Shown here: positions 38,761-51,635 of the stretch, one piece after another
How the letters are laid out: each line of letters starts with the position of its first letter
Numbering within the stretch: the first letter of the stretch is position 1
Notes under the pieces: generated by a model
Told to the model about the DNA's origin: nothing
The model's input: only the letters and a program-made list of their open reading frames with translations
Databases searched by the model: none
Translations under genes and position numbers: made by a program
From: Antedon mediterranea
Lineage: Eukaryota; Animalia; Echinodermata
Reading direction: 5' to 3'
Assembly (NCBI RefSeq): GCF_964355755.1
Contig: NC_092679.1
Location: forward strand, 11,267,432 to 11,331,431
DNA length: 64,000 bases

Positions 38761-39531
38761 TTCGTTTTATAACTTCATATCTTATGTGTCTCCAACAATA
38801 ATAGATTTCTCTTGTTTATTTTAAATTTCATAGACTATATTTGTATGAACCGATCACAGATGTTTTTATCTTCTCTTGACCTTCTGTGTCTGAATAAACC
38901 ATCTTCCAATAATCATCAAAATTACTGATGTTCCTAAAACATTAAATAAAGATGTTAATGCTTTCATATTTTAAACTGTATAATATGTAGGCATGTTCAA
39001 CTATAACAAAATATACTATAACTTTGCATCGTTTGTTTTTATGAATACCTTCTCTTTTTGTTTTTTTACTGAATTCATTTTTCAGAGTTCAAACCCCTTT
39101 GTAGGTAAATATGTTGATGTTTATAAAAACCGCTTAGTTTCTTATAAGTAAGTAAATAGTAAGTCAATATCTACCTCTCTCTCTCTCTCTTAGAACATGT
39201 TTTGATACCAAACCTAAGTGGAGCAATATCATGTGATCCATGGATATAGCATAAAGAAATGCATATTTTATTTTGTTATCAAAATGATATTATATCAGTT
39301 TTTCTTAATATCACATTTTTAAAGCCAAAAATTCAAAATCCATCCAGACTTAGTTTATTCCTAAACTTAAAATGGCATAATATATGTTTCCAAAAATAAT
39401 TTAAAATGGATACTACACTCAAAACCTTTGGATTTGGAATCAATCAATCTTAAAGTTAAATATTACGTACAAATCATTGGTAATTGATTTTTTTAAATCA
39501 AATTATTGCTAAAATTAGAAATTTATGTAAT

Positions 39532-40327
39532 GTATGTACTAAATGATGTCAGTGAGTTTTGCCGAATTTTTTTGCTCAGATTGACTGGACAGTATGCATT
39601 AAATGATGCTATTGAGTTTTGTGGAATTTGCTTTGCTCAGACTGACTGACTGACTGACAGTATGCATTAAATGATGTCAGTGAGTGTTGACAAATTTGCT
39701 TTGCTCAGACTAACTGGACAGTATGCATTAAATGATGCCATTAAGTTTTGCAGAATTTGCTTTGCTCAGACTGACTGACTGACAGTATGCACTGAATGAT
39801 GTCAGTGAGTGTTGCCGAATTTCCTTTGCTCAGACTAACTGGACAGTATGCATTAAATGATGCCATTGAGTTTTGCGGAATTTGCTTTGCTCAGACTGAC
39901 TGACTGACAGTATGCATTAAATGATGTCAGTGAGTGTTGCCGAATTTGCTTTGCTCAGACTAACTGGACAGTATGCATTTAATGATGCCATTGAGTTTTG
40001 CGGAATTTGCTTTGCTCAGACTGACTGACAGTATGCATTAAATGATGTCATTGAGTGTTGCCGAATTTGTTTTGCTCAGACTAACTGGACAGTATGCATT
40101 AAATGATGCTATTGAGTTTTGTGGAATTTGCTTTGCTCAGACTAACTGGACACTATGCCTTAAATGATGCCATTGAGTTTTGCGGCATTTGCTTTGCTTA
40201 GACTAACTAGACAGTACATATTAAATGATGACAGTGAGTTTTGCGGAATTTGCTTTACTCAGACTGACTGGACAGTATGCATTAAATGATGTCAGGGAGT
40301 TTTCCAGAATTTGTTTGGCTCAGACAG
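39532..40327. repeat. Minisatellite of 13 units (~61 bp) with A/B dimeric higher order
   Basis: Unit: GTATGCATTAAATGATG(TCAG/CCAT)TGAG...GAATTTGCTTTGCTCAGACT... Alternate units end in CTAACTGGACA or in a variable (ACTG)n tract. Confidence 0.95.
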
Positions 40328-40426
40328 GTTGACACTGACAGTAGTGGCAGTGACTTAATTAGGATTTCAAATCCAGCAACTCAATGCATTTCTAATCATT
40401 GCTATTGGTCAGTTTTGTTTATTTGG

Positions 40427-40443
40427 TCAGATTGAAGTTGTGG
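40427..40443 (-). CDS. ERG28: ERG28 putative last coding exon (ATTSI*), apparently truncated
   Basis: A strong polypyrimidine/CAG acceptor lies 49 nt after the previous donor and the phase matches. The stop comes well before the usual ERG28 C-terminus. Confidence 0.35.
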
Positions 40444-40492
40444 CTGGAAAAAAATAAAAAGTAAAAAAAAAAATAGGAATTCACCATCTTAC

Positions 40493-40611
40493 CAGATATT
40501 GCCAATGGGGATACTATTTCAACAGAAAAAACTGCACTTTTGAAGATTAACAACTCTGACATAAAATGTACAAACACCAACACAAATGAGAATAATGTAA
40601 GCAAGTAAATC
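40493..40611 (-). CDS. ERG28: ERG28 coding exon 3 (119 nt)
   Basis: CAG|G ATT...TCT G|GTAAG. It encodes IYLLTLFSFVLVFVHFMSELLIFKSAVFSVEIVSPLAIS, matching the ERG28 LY..TL..F.....HF.SE...P region. Confidence 0.9.
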
Positions 40612-41155
40612 CTGAAAATACAAAATAAATAGGTTAATATAATGATATTAGATTGGTAAATTCTACTTTGTTCCTTCATGATTATCCTGTTGGCTGCTTC
40701 TTGAAATCCTTCTCAGTGTTGATAGTATTTGTGTGATTCTGTGTCTAATTATACAACAACCTTCCTTCTGTCTCTTAATTTGAATTAGTTGAATCTAGAA
40801 AATATTGCTCATGAATAATATATTGAACAATAACTATGGTTCCTAGAGGGAAGTGCTGCTCTGTTGCTGAAAAGTCCTTATTCAATGGCATCAGAGTCAC
40901 AGAAATAGGGTTACACCTAGGCAGCCAACAAAAAATTTGAGCTGGATAAAGAATTTAGAGTTTAAAGATGTATTGTCCCGAGAACATAAAAAATGAATTA
41001 AAAAATCAGTTTACAAAGTTAATCACTTCCAACGAAAAAAAATGTTTTCACTTATAAAATGACAAAATAAACGGTTAAATTCAACAAAAAACCAATTGGC
41101 TGGTAGCCAATTTGACTATTTTTTAAATTTAAATTACTTTTTTTCAGGTAAATAT

Positions 41156-42161
41156 TAGGGAGGTTTCGCAACCTTACGAATACGATAATGAAAACGGGTA
41201 CGTCACACGTTTGTGAAACTTTTGAGCTGATCCCCATTTCATATACATAAAGTGTATTTGTGTTGACGAATATCACCAGTCATATTCGTAACTACAAAAC
41301 GAGTATAGTTTTTTATCTATTTTGCACATTTTGCATTTGAATCAGGAATGATTCATGATTATAATATAATTATAGATTTATTGAAAGTAATTTACTAAAG
41401 TAATTTACTAAAATGCCAGGTCAATTTTGATAAATACAGTAGAACCTCCATTTTACGTACGGTACGGGACCGAAAGGCGTACGTAAAACAAAGGATTCGT
41501 AAAATCAAGGTTGACCTTAAATTGACCCCAAATACGTAAAGATCGTAGCTGGCCGTGTTTGCCTTCTGTACATTATGCAGGTGGTCACTAGCTAGGCCTT
41601 GCCTAGACTATTCAGGCCAGGCTAGCAGGCCTAGCAAGATGTGAGGCCTAACTAGAAAAGTACAGTATATACAGGCTGTGCGATGTTTAAATAAAGTGTA
41701 AAATATAATTGTTTTCTATAAAAAAAAAACAGTCGCTGCTTTATGGGGAATGCACGTGCGTAGCTTGTCCCACACACAGCAGAATTCCTCACACAGCCAT
41801 GCTTGTGGCTTTGTGTGCTTTGTTGTTGTTAAATTGCGCCCTCAATGTAAGAAAATGATGACGTCATCGGTTATTTTTAGCGTACGTAAAATCGAGGGAA
41901 CGTAAAATCAGGGTACGTAAAACACAGGTTCTACTGTAGCAGTTTTTAAAGTCTTCACTCGCTTTGATGTTACGCTAGGCCTAGGCAGCCCAGCACCAAG
42001 CAACACGTACATGCGCTTCGCTCAAATTTACCGCAGTCATATTTTGGACAACACCCTTAATATTTCGATGCCGTGCGAGAAACAGATTTTTACTGACTTA
42101 CGAAAACGGTATCCGAAAACGGATACCGTTATCGTATTCGTAAGATTGCGAAACCTCACTA
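41156..42161. mobile_element. MITE with ~33-bp TIR TAGGGAGGTTTCGCAA
   Basis: TAGGGAGGTTTCGCAACCTTACGAATACGATAA is inverted against TTATCGTATTCGTAAGATTGCGAAACCTCACTA. The flanks are AT-rich and palindromic, so TSD length is ambiguous. Confidence 0.8.
41437..41936. mobile_element. pogo/Tigger-type MITE with TA TSD
   Basis: TA|CAGTAGAACCT...TTTTACGTAC ... GTACGTAAAA...AGGTTCTACTG|TA, with repeated subterminal CGTAAAA motifs. Confidence 0.9.
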
Positions 42162-42377
42162 ATATTTGTTTTTTGATCAAATTTTTTGTCAAAGTGAATA
42201 ACTGACAATTAAATACCATATTCAACAACAAATTTAACAAAATTGTTTTTCAGGGGGACAATATACTGTATCTCATGATGAAGGAATTGCAAAATTATGA
42301 TTGTGTATCTCCAGGAATCAATGACATATATCTGTTAAAGAGTCAATATCCAATCGGGTTGTAACAGTATCATAAAA

Positions 42378-42452
42378 GTCCCAGTGGTCTAATGGTTAGA
42401 ACATCTGCATATTAAACACAAGGTTCTCGATTCTAATTTCGGTTGGGGCGAC
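42378..42452 (+). mobile_element. Degenerate tRNA-derived SINE head
   Basis: A-box TGGTCTAATGG and a degenerate B-box GATTCTAATTTC at tRNA-like spacing. No intact cloverleaf. Confidence 0.5.
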
Positions 42453-42546
42453 GGTTTCTTATTCTTACAGATTTGTTCATCTTTATCGTTTAAAATTCTG
42501 ATGCAAATGTTAACATTTAACAACAAATGTTGTAAAATTTACTTAC

Positions 42547-42637
42547 TGATTATTATGTATGTAGAATGCACACACAACACGTAAAACAGCTGCAAGCAAG
42601 GTCCAGACTCCAAACAATCTAACAGCCAATGAGGTAA
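42547..42637 (-). CDS. ERG28: ERG28 coding exon 2 (91 nt)
   Basis: CCAG|TT...CA|GTAAGT. It encodes VTSLAVRLFGVWTLLAAVLRVVCAFYIHNNQ (ERG28 R.FG.WTL..R..CA motif). Phases 1 and 2 fit both neighbouring exons. Confidence 0.93.
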
Positions 42638-43944
42638 CTGGAGTAAAAACATAAATAATAAATTCAATTACTAATTTTGTTTGACTTCCAACAAATGACA
42701 TAATCTATTTATTGTTGACAAGCAAAAACATGCATATAAATATATAGTTATAATGCTTACTTAGTTAATTTCTTGATTCAATAACCCAAAACATTAAGAT
42801 GATGCAGAGAAAGAACCATCTTAACTACTGTACTCCGTTCTCCAGCATTTTGAAGCTTCAAAATGAGAACTGGCCAGAACTCACTCATTTTCTTTTATAT
42901 CAGATTTTTCTCTGCAAAAACCCCTATTAATACCGTATTAAGAAAACTTTTTTTGGCTGAGTCTAACAGGGAACATCTATATGAAGGGGACAATTTTAAA
43001 GTTCTACTGTAATTAAACTAAAAAATATACACTCTATTTTATCTTATATAATTGAACAAACTTCATCATTTTGGAAAGTTTATTGCAATATACAGAACTT
43101 ACAAAATGAGTCACTTATCAATCATTGGCGAGTAAATAATTGCATATGTAGTGACACTATCAATATAAGAAAACATACAATTGTACATCATTATTCAATG
43201 TTATGAAAAACAAATTACAGTAGAATCAGGGAAATGATTCAAAGAGTTTAAACCATCTCAAACTGTATTCATCCTGCTAAACCTTGAAGCAATCAACTTT
43301 ATTTCAAGTTCATGGTCAACACATATTGTATGCATTCTATAACTTTCATTTATAATTTAAAGATAATTATGAAAAAATAGTCATAAAGTGGCACTAACTG
43401 CATAGTAATTTAATCAGCATTTTGCAAAGTTCCTAAAAGAAATATATATTTTTTACTTGCATGCCTGTAGTTATTATAATCGTGTTGACAGTAAACGAAG
43501 GGGGACAGTAATTGATACACAAGATTAAAGCCCAATGTTTCATATTATTTTTTCGAAGACCATATATTTTTATGGTCTGCATAATGATTTGTCTGGGATC
43601 AAGACAGAGAGCAAGTTTTTTAAGTAAAATAATAATAGGTGACATCGGGTGAAAATCATATCATTCAATCCCGTTCCGAACTCTGAAGAATAAGAAAACT
43701 CCTCATGATAATTATTTTAATAATATTTTAAAAGTGATAACACAAAGTTTGACAAAAAAAATGTGTGGTATAAAACGTTTGTAATTTAAATTTGTTCTAC
43801 TGGTTTTGACCCATGACCTTTTCAAAAAGTATTATTCAGTGGAATAAAATAGTTACTTATATAAATATCTTCAAATAACAAAATTACAAATTAACAGATG
43901 CTTACTATATAAATTTACAATAAAATTCAATGACAAAAAACAAG

Positions 43945-44640
43945 AAGATAGATAGATAAATAAAATTTTATTCGTCATAAAATAAGTAAGATTACATTAC
44001 GAAAATTGTCTTCCTTGGCAAAAATATAAATATAAAAAGACCATATAAAACATATTTAAAATACTTATAAAACAAATTACACAAACAATTTATAATATAC
44101 TGTCCAGGTATGAATAGTGAAGGCATCGGAATTACAAACTTTTAAATCGTGAATTAAAAATATGAATAGCTTTGGAACAAAGGATAGTCTAAAACGTGAA
44201 GTATTTGATCGTGGTGGTCTAACTCTCCCTGATATATTTACAGTAAATTCATTGTGTAATGAGTGAGAACTGTTTCCCATAATTTTTGTGACTTTACTCA
44301 ACGTTTGTTTTTCATAAACACCATCAACATCTTTAACAATTGAACCAATTATTCTAGAAGCGGTTTTGCACACTCTCCTTACTTAGTCTAGTCTTATTCT
44401 TCTCTGTTAGATTTGCAAACCAGGCAATACATGTTACAACTAGAATAGATTGGATGACAACTTAAGTGTGACATTACTAACTTTAAAAGTATTAAGTTTT
44501 CTTAACCAGTACAGCCTTTGATTCCCTTTTTTAACAATCTCATCAATATTCTTATCAAATCTCAATTTATCATCTATGAACGTGCCAAGATATTTATATT
44601 CATGGACACGTTCAATAACGTTCCCGTCAAGTTTTAAGTA
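43945..44640 (-). mobile_element. 3' end of a non-LTR retrotransposon (Rex1/Babar/L2 group)
   Basis: IERVHEYKYLGTFIDDKLRF...KKGNQRLYWLRKL...CKTASRIIG...HSLHNEF...RFRLSFVP, followed by AATAAA and a (TATC)n tail. Confidence 0.85.
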
Positions 44641-45147
44641 TTCCTTATCGTTTCCGAAGATCGACGTTTCGGAACCATAATGGAACCATTTTCAAGATAA
44701 ACTGATCGAATTATACAAAAACAACAAACACCAATGGGTGACAGAAAATACTAATTAATTGGTTAATTAACATCAAAGAAGGCCTACAATACCAAGAACT
44801 TAAGTTATTAAGCTCCTACTTCTTAATTAATAAACAATTTTAATGTATCCGCTTTGCATAAAATCCCACCAGGATTTATGGTTGGGATTCGTACAATCCC
44901 ACCAGGCTTTTTTTTAAAAGCGATCAGGATTCCCACCAGGATTCATGTGATATCCCACCGGGAATTATGTCAGGATCCCACTGGCATCCCACTTTTTGGT
45001 GACATCATCCCATTAGGTTTTTTTTATTATAATCCTGCAATCCTGTTTGTATCCTGTTGGTATCCCACAGGAGTTTATTTTACCCACTGGGATTTCACTG
45101 CCATCCCACTATTTTTTTCATTATATCCCGCCGTTATTTTTGTGGTC

Positions 45148-45736
45148 CCATCATCTGTGGGCAGCACGACCTAGATGGTACGCGAGCAAAGCAAGCGTAC
45201 CATCTAGTAGGTCTAATTAAGCTAGACCTAGTTTAAGGTCTAGTTTAAGGACTAGGCTAAGATATAAGTCTTTGCTTGGACGGTTCAATTAGGTTGTGAT
45301 GTATATAAAATATGAATGAAAACACTTACGGTTTTACAGTAACCAGTATTCATTTCACATCAGTATTGTAAGAAGGCAAAATGAAAAAGACGGGCGAAAC
45401 ACACCACCACCAACGTCGCTTACAGAAACAAATAAATAGACACAATGATTTATGTAGTCAACCAAAATTAGCACCCTGCGAATTACTTCCAAAAGAGAAA
45501 CTTGTCACAAAATTAGTCCAAATGTTTGATTTGGACTCATTTAAATAAACCCAATTTGTGTTTTGTATCTAACATTAGAATTGAGGGTTGGGGATGAGGA
45601 TAGATATACAAAGAGGAACAATTTTTTAATATATTCTTTATAGTCTAGGACCTGGGTCAGATTTGTATGAATTTAATTTACTAGATGGTACGCTCGCTTC
45701 GCTCGCCTACCATCTAGGTCGTGCCCACAGATGGTT
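45148..45736. mobile_element. Two convergent Helitron-like 3' ends
   Basis: The hairpin CTAGATGGTACGC...GCGTACCATCTAG-T lies at ~45171-45208 (+). Its reverse copy ACTAGATGGTACGCTCGCTTCGCTCG... lies at 45680-45736 (-). Confidence 0.55.
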
Positions 45737-46040
45737 CTCGAATACACAGTAATTTCAGCGTAACAAAACTGGCGATTTCAAATGTACGTACTACAGGACT
45801 ATAGGCCTATACATTGTCGTTTACAGAAACGAATAAATAGACACGATGATTTATGTAGTCAACTAAAATTAGCACCCTGGGAATTACTTCCGAAGGAGAA
45901 ACTTATCACAAAATGAGTCCAAGTTTTTGATTTGGACTCATTTAAAGAAACCCAATTTGTGTTTTGTATGTAACATTAGGGTTGAGGGATGGGAAAGCGG
46001 ATAGGTACAAAGAGGAACAATTTTTAAATATATTCTTTAT
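45415..46040 (+). repeat. Direct duplication of ~225 bp (45415-45640 and 45815-46040)
   Basis: Both copies run from GTCG(C/T)TTACAGAAAC to ATATATTCTTTAT, with scattered substitutions. Confidence 0.9.
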
Positions 46041-47677
46041 CCACTCAGTAACGAAATATTTTTTTCATGTTTTATAGGCCTATAAATAATATACCTCTAA
46101 ATACAGTAAAACATTTGCGATTTAATACTTTTTTTATTTTATTTATTTATTTATTTCTTTTAAATATTCATTGTACACTAATTTTCCCCGTGTATGGCAA
46201 GAGATTCCTAATTATATTAGAGAACATTCTTTATTTAGTTTAGTTAAAACTGTCACTGTCATAATCGATTGAAATATTAAAGTACCATGTCACGATACAC
46301 CACTACGACGTTTATATTTGGTAATTATTAATTAATACAAACGTTGAGAAAGAACTGTCAGTATAAAGTTTATTTGTATATAATAATGTGTTTATATATA
46401 TAACAGTAGAGCCTATCCACAATCTCGCAAGTTTATTCTCAAAGGGCCCATATATTTACCTACCGTATGTGTTAAACCAAGGGCTCATAAATTTACCTAC
46501 AGTACTTGTGTTAAACCAAACTCTGGCAGACTGAGAGATTGGGATGTTCCATTCATCGCAAATCAATAGATTTGTATAATCGTATATTAAATCTATCAAA
46601 ATAGTATTTTTTAAAGAAAATCGGCCTGTCTTCAACATTATGATGGTGTACTCTAGCTGTTCAACCGGTTTTCAGCTATTAAAAACAATTATCGTAGGAG
46701 GAGATAGGAAAATGCGAAGCCTCCTCGCATTTTTGTGGCGGGTATTTTTCAAGATGGACATCCATTATACAGTGTATACCACGGTCGGAAAACACCCCTA
46801 TTTGGGGCAAATCTTGGAACCTAAATTCGTTTTAACCGTCAATAACTTATTATCTAACTTAATTTAATTAGTAAACAGGGTTACATCAGGTGGTTAAAAT
46901 CAGTACCGAAAGTACGAACCAACTTTATATACCATCGAGTAAAAATTATAGAAGTAAGGCGCGATTTACCGAATTTTGCCCTTACGTAAATTTATATATA
47001 GAAGAGAGATTATCTTAACTGTTATAGGATAATTTGACCCCAAGGAACAACATGGAATATGTGCCAAATTTGCTATCCGGGGTGAACATGCCAAAAACCG
47101 GGGTCAAAGGTTAAAAATGTGTGGTTCATATATCTCGACAACCACTTGTCGTACAGATTTGGTTTTGGTGTCAAATTGTTCAGAATATAAATATTTATAT
47201 TCGGTCTAACACAACTTTTAGCCAAAAAATGACCGGAAATGCTTTTACTGACCTTTGACCCAAAAATGAAAACGGTTCTAATATCCCGTCGAGCCGATTT
47301 CCGCGCATTGAAAACCTCATCGGAAAATCCCCATCAGTTTTCAAAACTCGATCGCACAATTACCATTGAAGCTAGCGGATTAATTTTTGTTGTATGTTAT
47401 CAGGCTTTAAATGAGCTTTAATATGATGTGAAAATCGTCTTCTATAAATAGGTTTTTCGTAACGAAAGATCAATTTTGATGACAAAAAAACAATTTTGAA
47501 TCACCGTTTATGGAAAATATTTATGGATTTTGGTATTAAATTATAGCTAAATCTACATTGAAAACGATAAAACATAGATTACAAACGTATTGTGCATGGT
47601 AATTGTGCGAACTACATTTTAAAATGGTAAATGAGGCGTAAATCCCGTTCAGAATTTCGAAGATTGAACCATTATAA

Positions 47678-48885
47678 GGCCTAAAAAAAAAAATTGTTTC
47701 TTTGCTGTCAAGTTTTTTTTTTTTGGTAGGGGGGGGGGGGCCCGCGGGTGGAAAAAAGTTTTTTTTTTTTTTTTTTTTTTTAATGTTAATTTCTCTGTTA
47801 ATTGTACGCGAATTTGAGAGTAACAAAACACACTGAATAAAACAACGAGCTCAAACATCTATTCATAATTTGTTTCACACTTTAATTCTGTTTTGGGCGC
47901 GTTAGGCCCCGTGTCTAAACTAGCCTAGGCTAGGCCTACTACACAGTAGGTCGTTGTTAGCAGGCCTAATTAAATATATAGAAGTTAGTGTATATTTCGG
48001 TGTATAAGTCGCACCTGTGTAAAGACGCACCCCCTAACTGAAAGTAGAATATCGGTATTTTGTATATCATCGATGTATAAGACGGCCGCGCCCAGCCTCA
48101 ACAAGAAGGGAAGTCCCCCATTCCGTCAGTTCTTTCTAACTTGTTATTCATGAGTTTCGCACCTGCAACATCGAGTGCATGGGCTAGCCTCGCTCGATCC
48201 TTTTATCGAGAGGCGCACGTTTTCACGGACAATCGTATTCGATTAGTATCTATGTATCCTAGAAGTGTGTACGCTAGGTCTATGCTATAATCAACTGGAG
48301 AATATACTAGTCGAATACTGTGTACACAATGTGGTTGCCAAGAAGGGCTCGCTCACGCTGGGGGTACGACGGTCGTGCGTATAACTATAATACTATTCCA
48401 ATCGTTAACGTTTACAACAAATGAAATTTTATCGGAGCGCCTAAAACAGCTCCATAATGAACAAATCTTTTCATCATATTTAGTATAACATCACACTAAA
48501 ATGCCTTGAAAACTAGCAGGTTGCTGTTACGCTAGTACACTGTAGCTAGGCTAGGCCTACTCTTTATTTAGACTTTAGTAATACTAATATGGGCCTAGGC
48601 CTTACCTTAAAAAGCCCAGGCCTAGCCAACGAGGTGGCGATATCTGTGTGTTGAGGCATTTATGTTCGGTGTATAAGACGCACCCTTAATTTAGAGGTTA
48701 AATTTGCGTGTCAAAAGTGCGATTATACACCGAAATATACGCTACGTTATTATTTTTATTGTTTCATCCTCGCACACTCGATTTTTACACCTTTTTGGCC
48801 AAAAAAAATCATAAAAAAACTTTTTTTTAAAAAGCGCCCTCAACGTAAACGCCCTTTGCGAAATTAGGGGCGGCGGATGACAGCC
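47678..48885. mobile_element. Zator-like or Harbinger-like MITE with TAA TSD
   Basis: It interrupts the family A sequence CCATTATAATCCG. TAA is duplicated at 47675-47677 and 48886-48888. Termini are GGC...GCC, with the right TIR internally deleted. Confidence 0.7.
47988..48742. mobile_element. pogo/Tc1-mariner-type MITE with TA TSD
   Basis: TA|GTGTATATTTCGGTGTATAAGTCGCAC ... GTGCGATTATACACCGAAATATACGC|TA. Confidence 0.9.
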
Positions 48886-51635
48886 TAATCCGGTGAATAT
48901 TGTAGTGAGTAAAATATTGTACTGTAAAGTACGCGCTAGTTTGTTGTGACGTTTTCCGTTTAATACATCAATGCACCCTATCAGCGAATGGTACGTTCCA
49001 TATTTTGAACACGTTGTTTAGTTTTCCTCGCTCGACTTCGGCCAGCTCGACGCGAGATGTGTGACAGCAGCGATGTTGGAGATTGACATGTCCTATTCCG
49101 TCGTAGAATATCTGGTTTTACACATTAATTTAACAACTTAAAATTGATGTAATGTGCAGAAGATTTATTATTTACCAACGTTACATTTGACTCTGTATAC
49201 CGCGGTCGAAAGTCATTAACTGCGACCGAAATACTTTAACGGGCGCGACTGCTGATCGCGAGTAAGCCGTGACTTGGCCTAAACTTTTGCTCCGTATTTC
49301 AATTTAATAACGTACTTACGGGTAGAAATACGAAAAGAAAACATTTTTTATAATGTTATATACTATTCAGGTAAACAATTAATTGTTTTAATTAACATTG
49401 ATTATTTTAAATGTGTTTATTTTGACCCATTGTGTGTTTGCCTTAAAAGAGCATCTTAGCCCGGCTTAGATTTGGTGTCATAATCATACGGGCCTAAAAT
49501 CTTGTTTTACGTATTCAAAAGTTATATATAATAGTATTTATGATTGAAATTATAAATATAAAGTATATTAAAATATTCTAATAATTATACTTACCGAAAA
49601 TTAGTGTAAAAGAAAGGAAACAGTACACACCGTTTTTAACATACTTTTTCATTTTTTTTTTTTATAATTTTAAATTTCACCATTAAAAAATTCTTTTTTT
49701 TCATATACACATCTAAAATATATTTATTAATGAAATATACACTACATTCTAACAAGTACAAAAAAAATTAAATGAATTAGTACAGTAGTTCAAAAGTTAC
49801 AGATCATTAAAAAATTGCAGTTTTTTCATTTTTTTAGGGAATTCCAGCAAAAATGGGCGCTAAATGCTTTCCTACCACTTTGCGGACCAATAATTTAATT
49901 GTTATATCTATAGGTTTAACACAATTTTTAGGCAAAAAATCGTATATTTTTTTACCACTTTAAATAACCATAACTTTAGAACGGGTAATCGGATTTCAAT
50001 CATTTAAATTGCAAAATTCTAATTACATTAAGTTCTTTATGGTTAACTGAAAGAAAAAGTAAAAAAATTTATCTGAATTTTTTCATTGGGATACCTACTA
50101 GTATACTCATTTGTGTCAAAAAAAACAATAAAATATGCACATTTTTCACAAAATTAGCATCATAATTACAGATTTTTATTACAAGTTGGGTAGCAATGGA
50201 TAGAATATTGTGTATGCTTTCATTTGATACCATACAGTTTGTCCATTGCCATTTTAAAGAATAATTTAACCAGAAAATGTGTTTTTTGGTCATTTTTGGG
50301 TCAGAGGTCAGTAAAAGCATTTCCGGTCATTTTTTCGCTAAAAGTTGTGTTAGACTGAATATAAATATGTATATTCTGAACAATTTGATACTAAAAGAAC
50401 ATTTGAATTATTTAATATTATAAATAAACCAAAATAAATTTACACTATTTAATATACTCATTTTTGAAAAAAAATTATAAAATATGCGCATTTTTAACAA
50501 AATTAGCATCATAAGTACAAATTTTTAATACAAGTTGGGTAACAATGGATAGAATATTTTATGGGCTTTCATTTGATACCAAATAGTTTTTCCAAACACT
50601 TAAATTATTTAATATTATATAAATAAATATAATAATTTTGCTACCAAATATTCATTTTTTCTATAAAAGTAATCAAAATATGCACATTTTCCATACAATT
50701 AGCGTCATAATTAAATATTTTCAATACAAGTTGGGTAGCAGTGGGTAGCACATTATGTATGCTTTCATTTGATACCATACAGTTTGTCCATTTGCATTTT
50801 AAAGAATAATTTAACCCGAAAATGTGTTTTTTTGGTCATTTTTGGTTCAAAGGTCAGTAAAAGCATTTCCGGTCATTTTTTCGCTAAAAGTTGTGTTAGA
50901 CCGAATATAAATATGTATATTTTGAACAATTTGTCACCAAAACCAAATCTGTACGACAAGTGGTTGTCGAGATATTAGAACCACACATTTTTAACCTTTG
51001 ACCCCGGTTTTGGACATGTTCATGTTTTATCCGATTCTCACCAAACTTAGCCACAATGATCAATGACCCATCATATAATTGTGGTTAAAATTTGAAGGGT
51101 CAGGGTCAAAGATCAAGGTCCACATAAAAAAAATAATAAAAATAAAAAAACCTCAGCGGGAATTGAACCAGCAACCTCAACTGTGAGAGGCTGGATACAT
51201 AACCATTACACCAAACTCTCATCCACAACTTTAGTGTGCACGTTAGCCTATTTACACATAGAACTAATTTTTAAAAATATATATTTTTCAGGGACATTTT
51301 ATGTAGAGGAATTTTACAGTAGGCGGAGGTTTGTACTCTCGGAGTACCCTCTAGTTTGTATATTTGTTTATATTATATCTAACATTACCAACACACACCA
51401 TAAAGATTCAAATGGCGATCAAAAGTGGTTAATACCTATTTACAGTATTGTATAGCATTACAATACTATTTATGTTTATTCTCCAAGGGCCCATAAATTT
51501 ACCTACTTTTGTTAAACCATGGAGGTGTGCAAGCATGGTTAAACCAAATAATTTGGAATGTTCCATTCATTGCAAATCAATACATTTGTATAAACGTATA
51601 TTAAATCTATCAAAATAGTATTTTTTAAAGAAAAT

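Larger units (their letters stand above)
40966..42268. mobile_element. Outer MITE (TTAA|AGATGTATTGTCCC, Kolobok-type end)
   Basis: The left end follows TTAA. A degenerate inverted GGGGACAATATA lies at 42254-42265. Confidence 0.45.
47269..50097 (-). mobile_element. Family A TAGG MITE, truncated at one end, with two nested inserts
   Basis: Reverse complement of ~5357-7052. The intact TIR at 50097 is followed by CTAGTAT. Confidence 0.9.
46690..51354 (+). mobile_element. Non-autonomous Helitron-like element (5' boundary uncertain) carrying nested inserts
   Basis: The 3' end is a hairpin GTACTC-TCG-GAGTAC followed by CTAG|T at ~51354. Internal inverted arms lie at 47083-47268 and 50830-51023, with tandem internal repeats at 50100-50940 and a tRNA-like A/B box segment at 51150-51220 (-). 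Confidence 0.55.

Noticed and set aside
39532-40327. CRISPR-like array
   Set aside because: The units are contiguous repeats with no unique spacers, there are no cas genes, and the context is eukaryotic.
42378-42452. Functional tRNA genes (also 51150-51220 and ~33270-33315)
   Set aside because: A/B boxes are present but the stems do not form a cloverleaf. They are best read as SINE-derived.
44854-45174. 106-aa ORF with IPPG repeats
   Set aside because: It is a translation of non-coding ATCCCAC subterminal repeats of a transposon.
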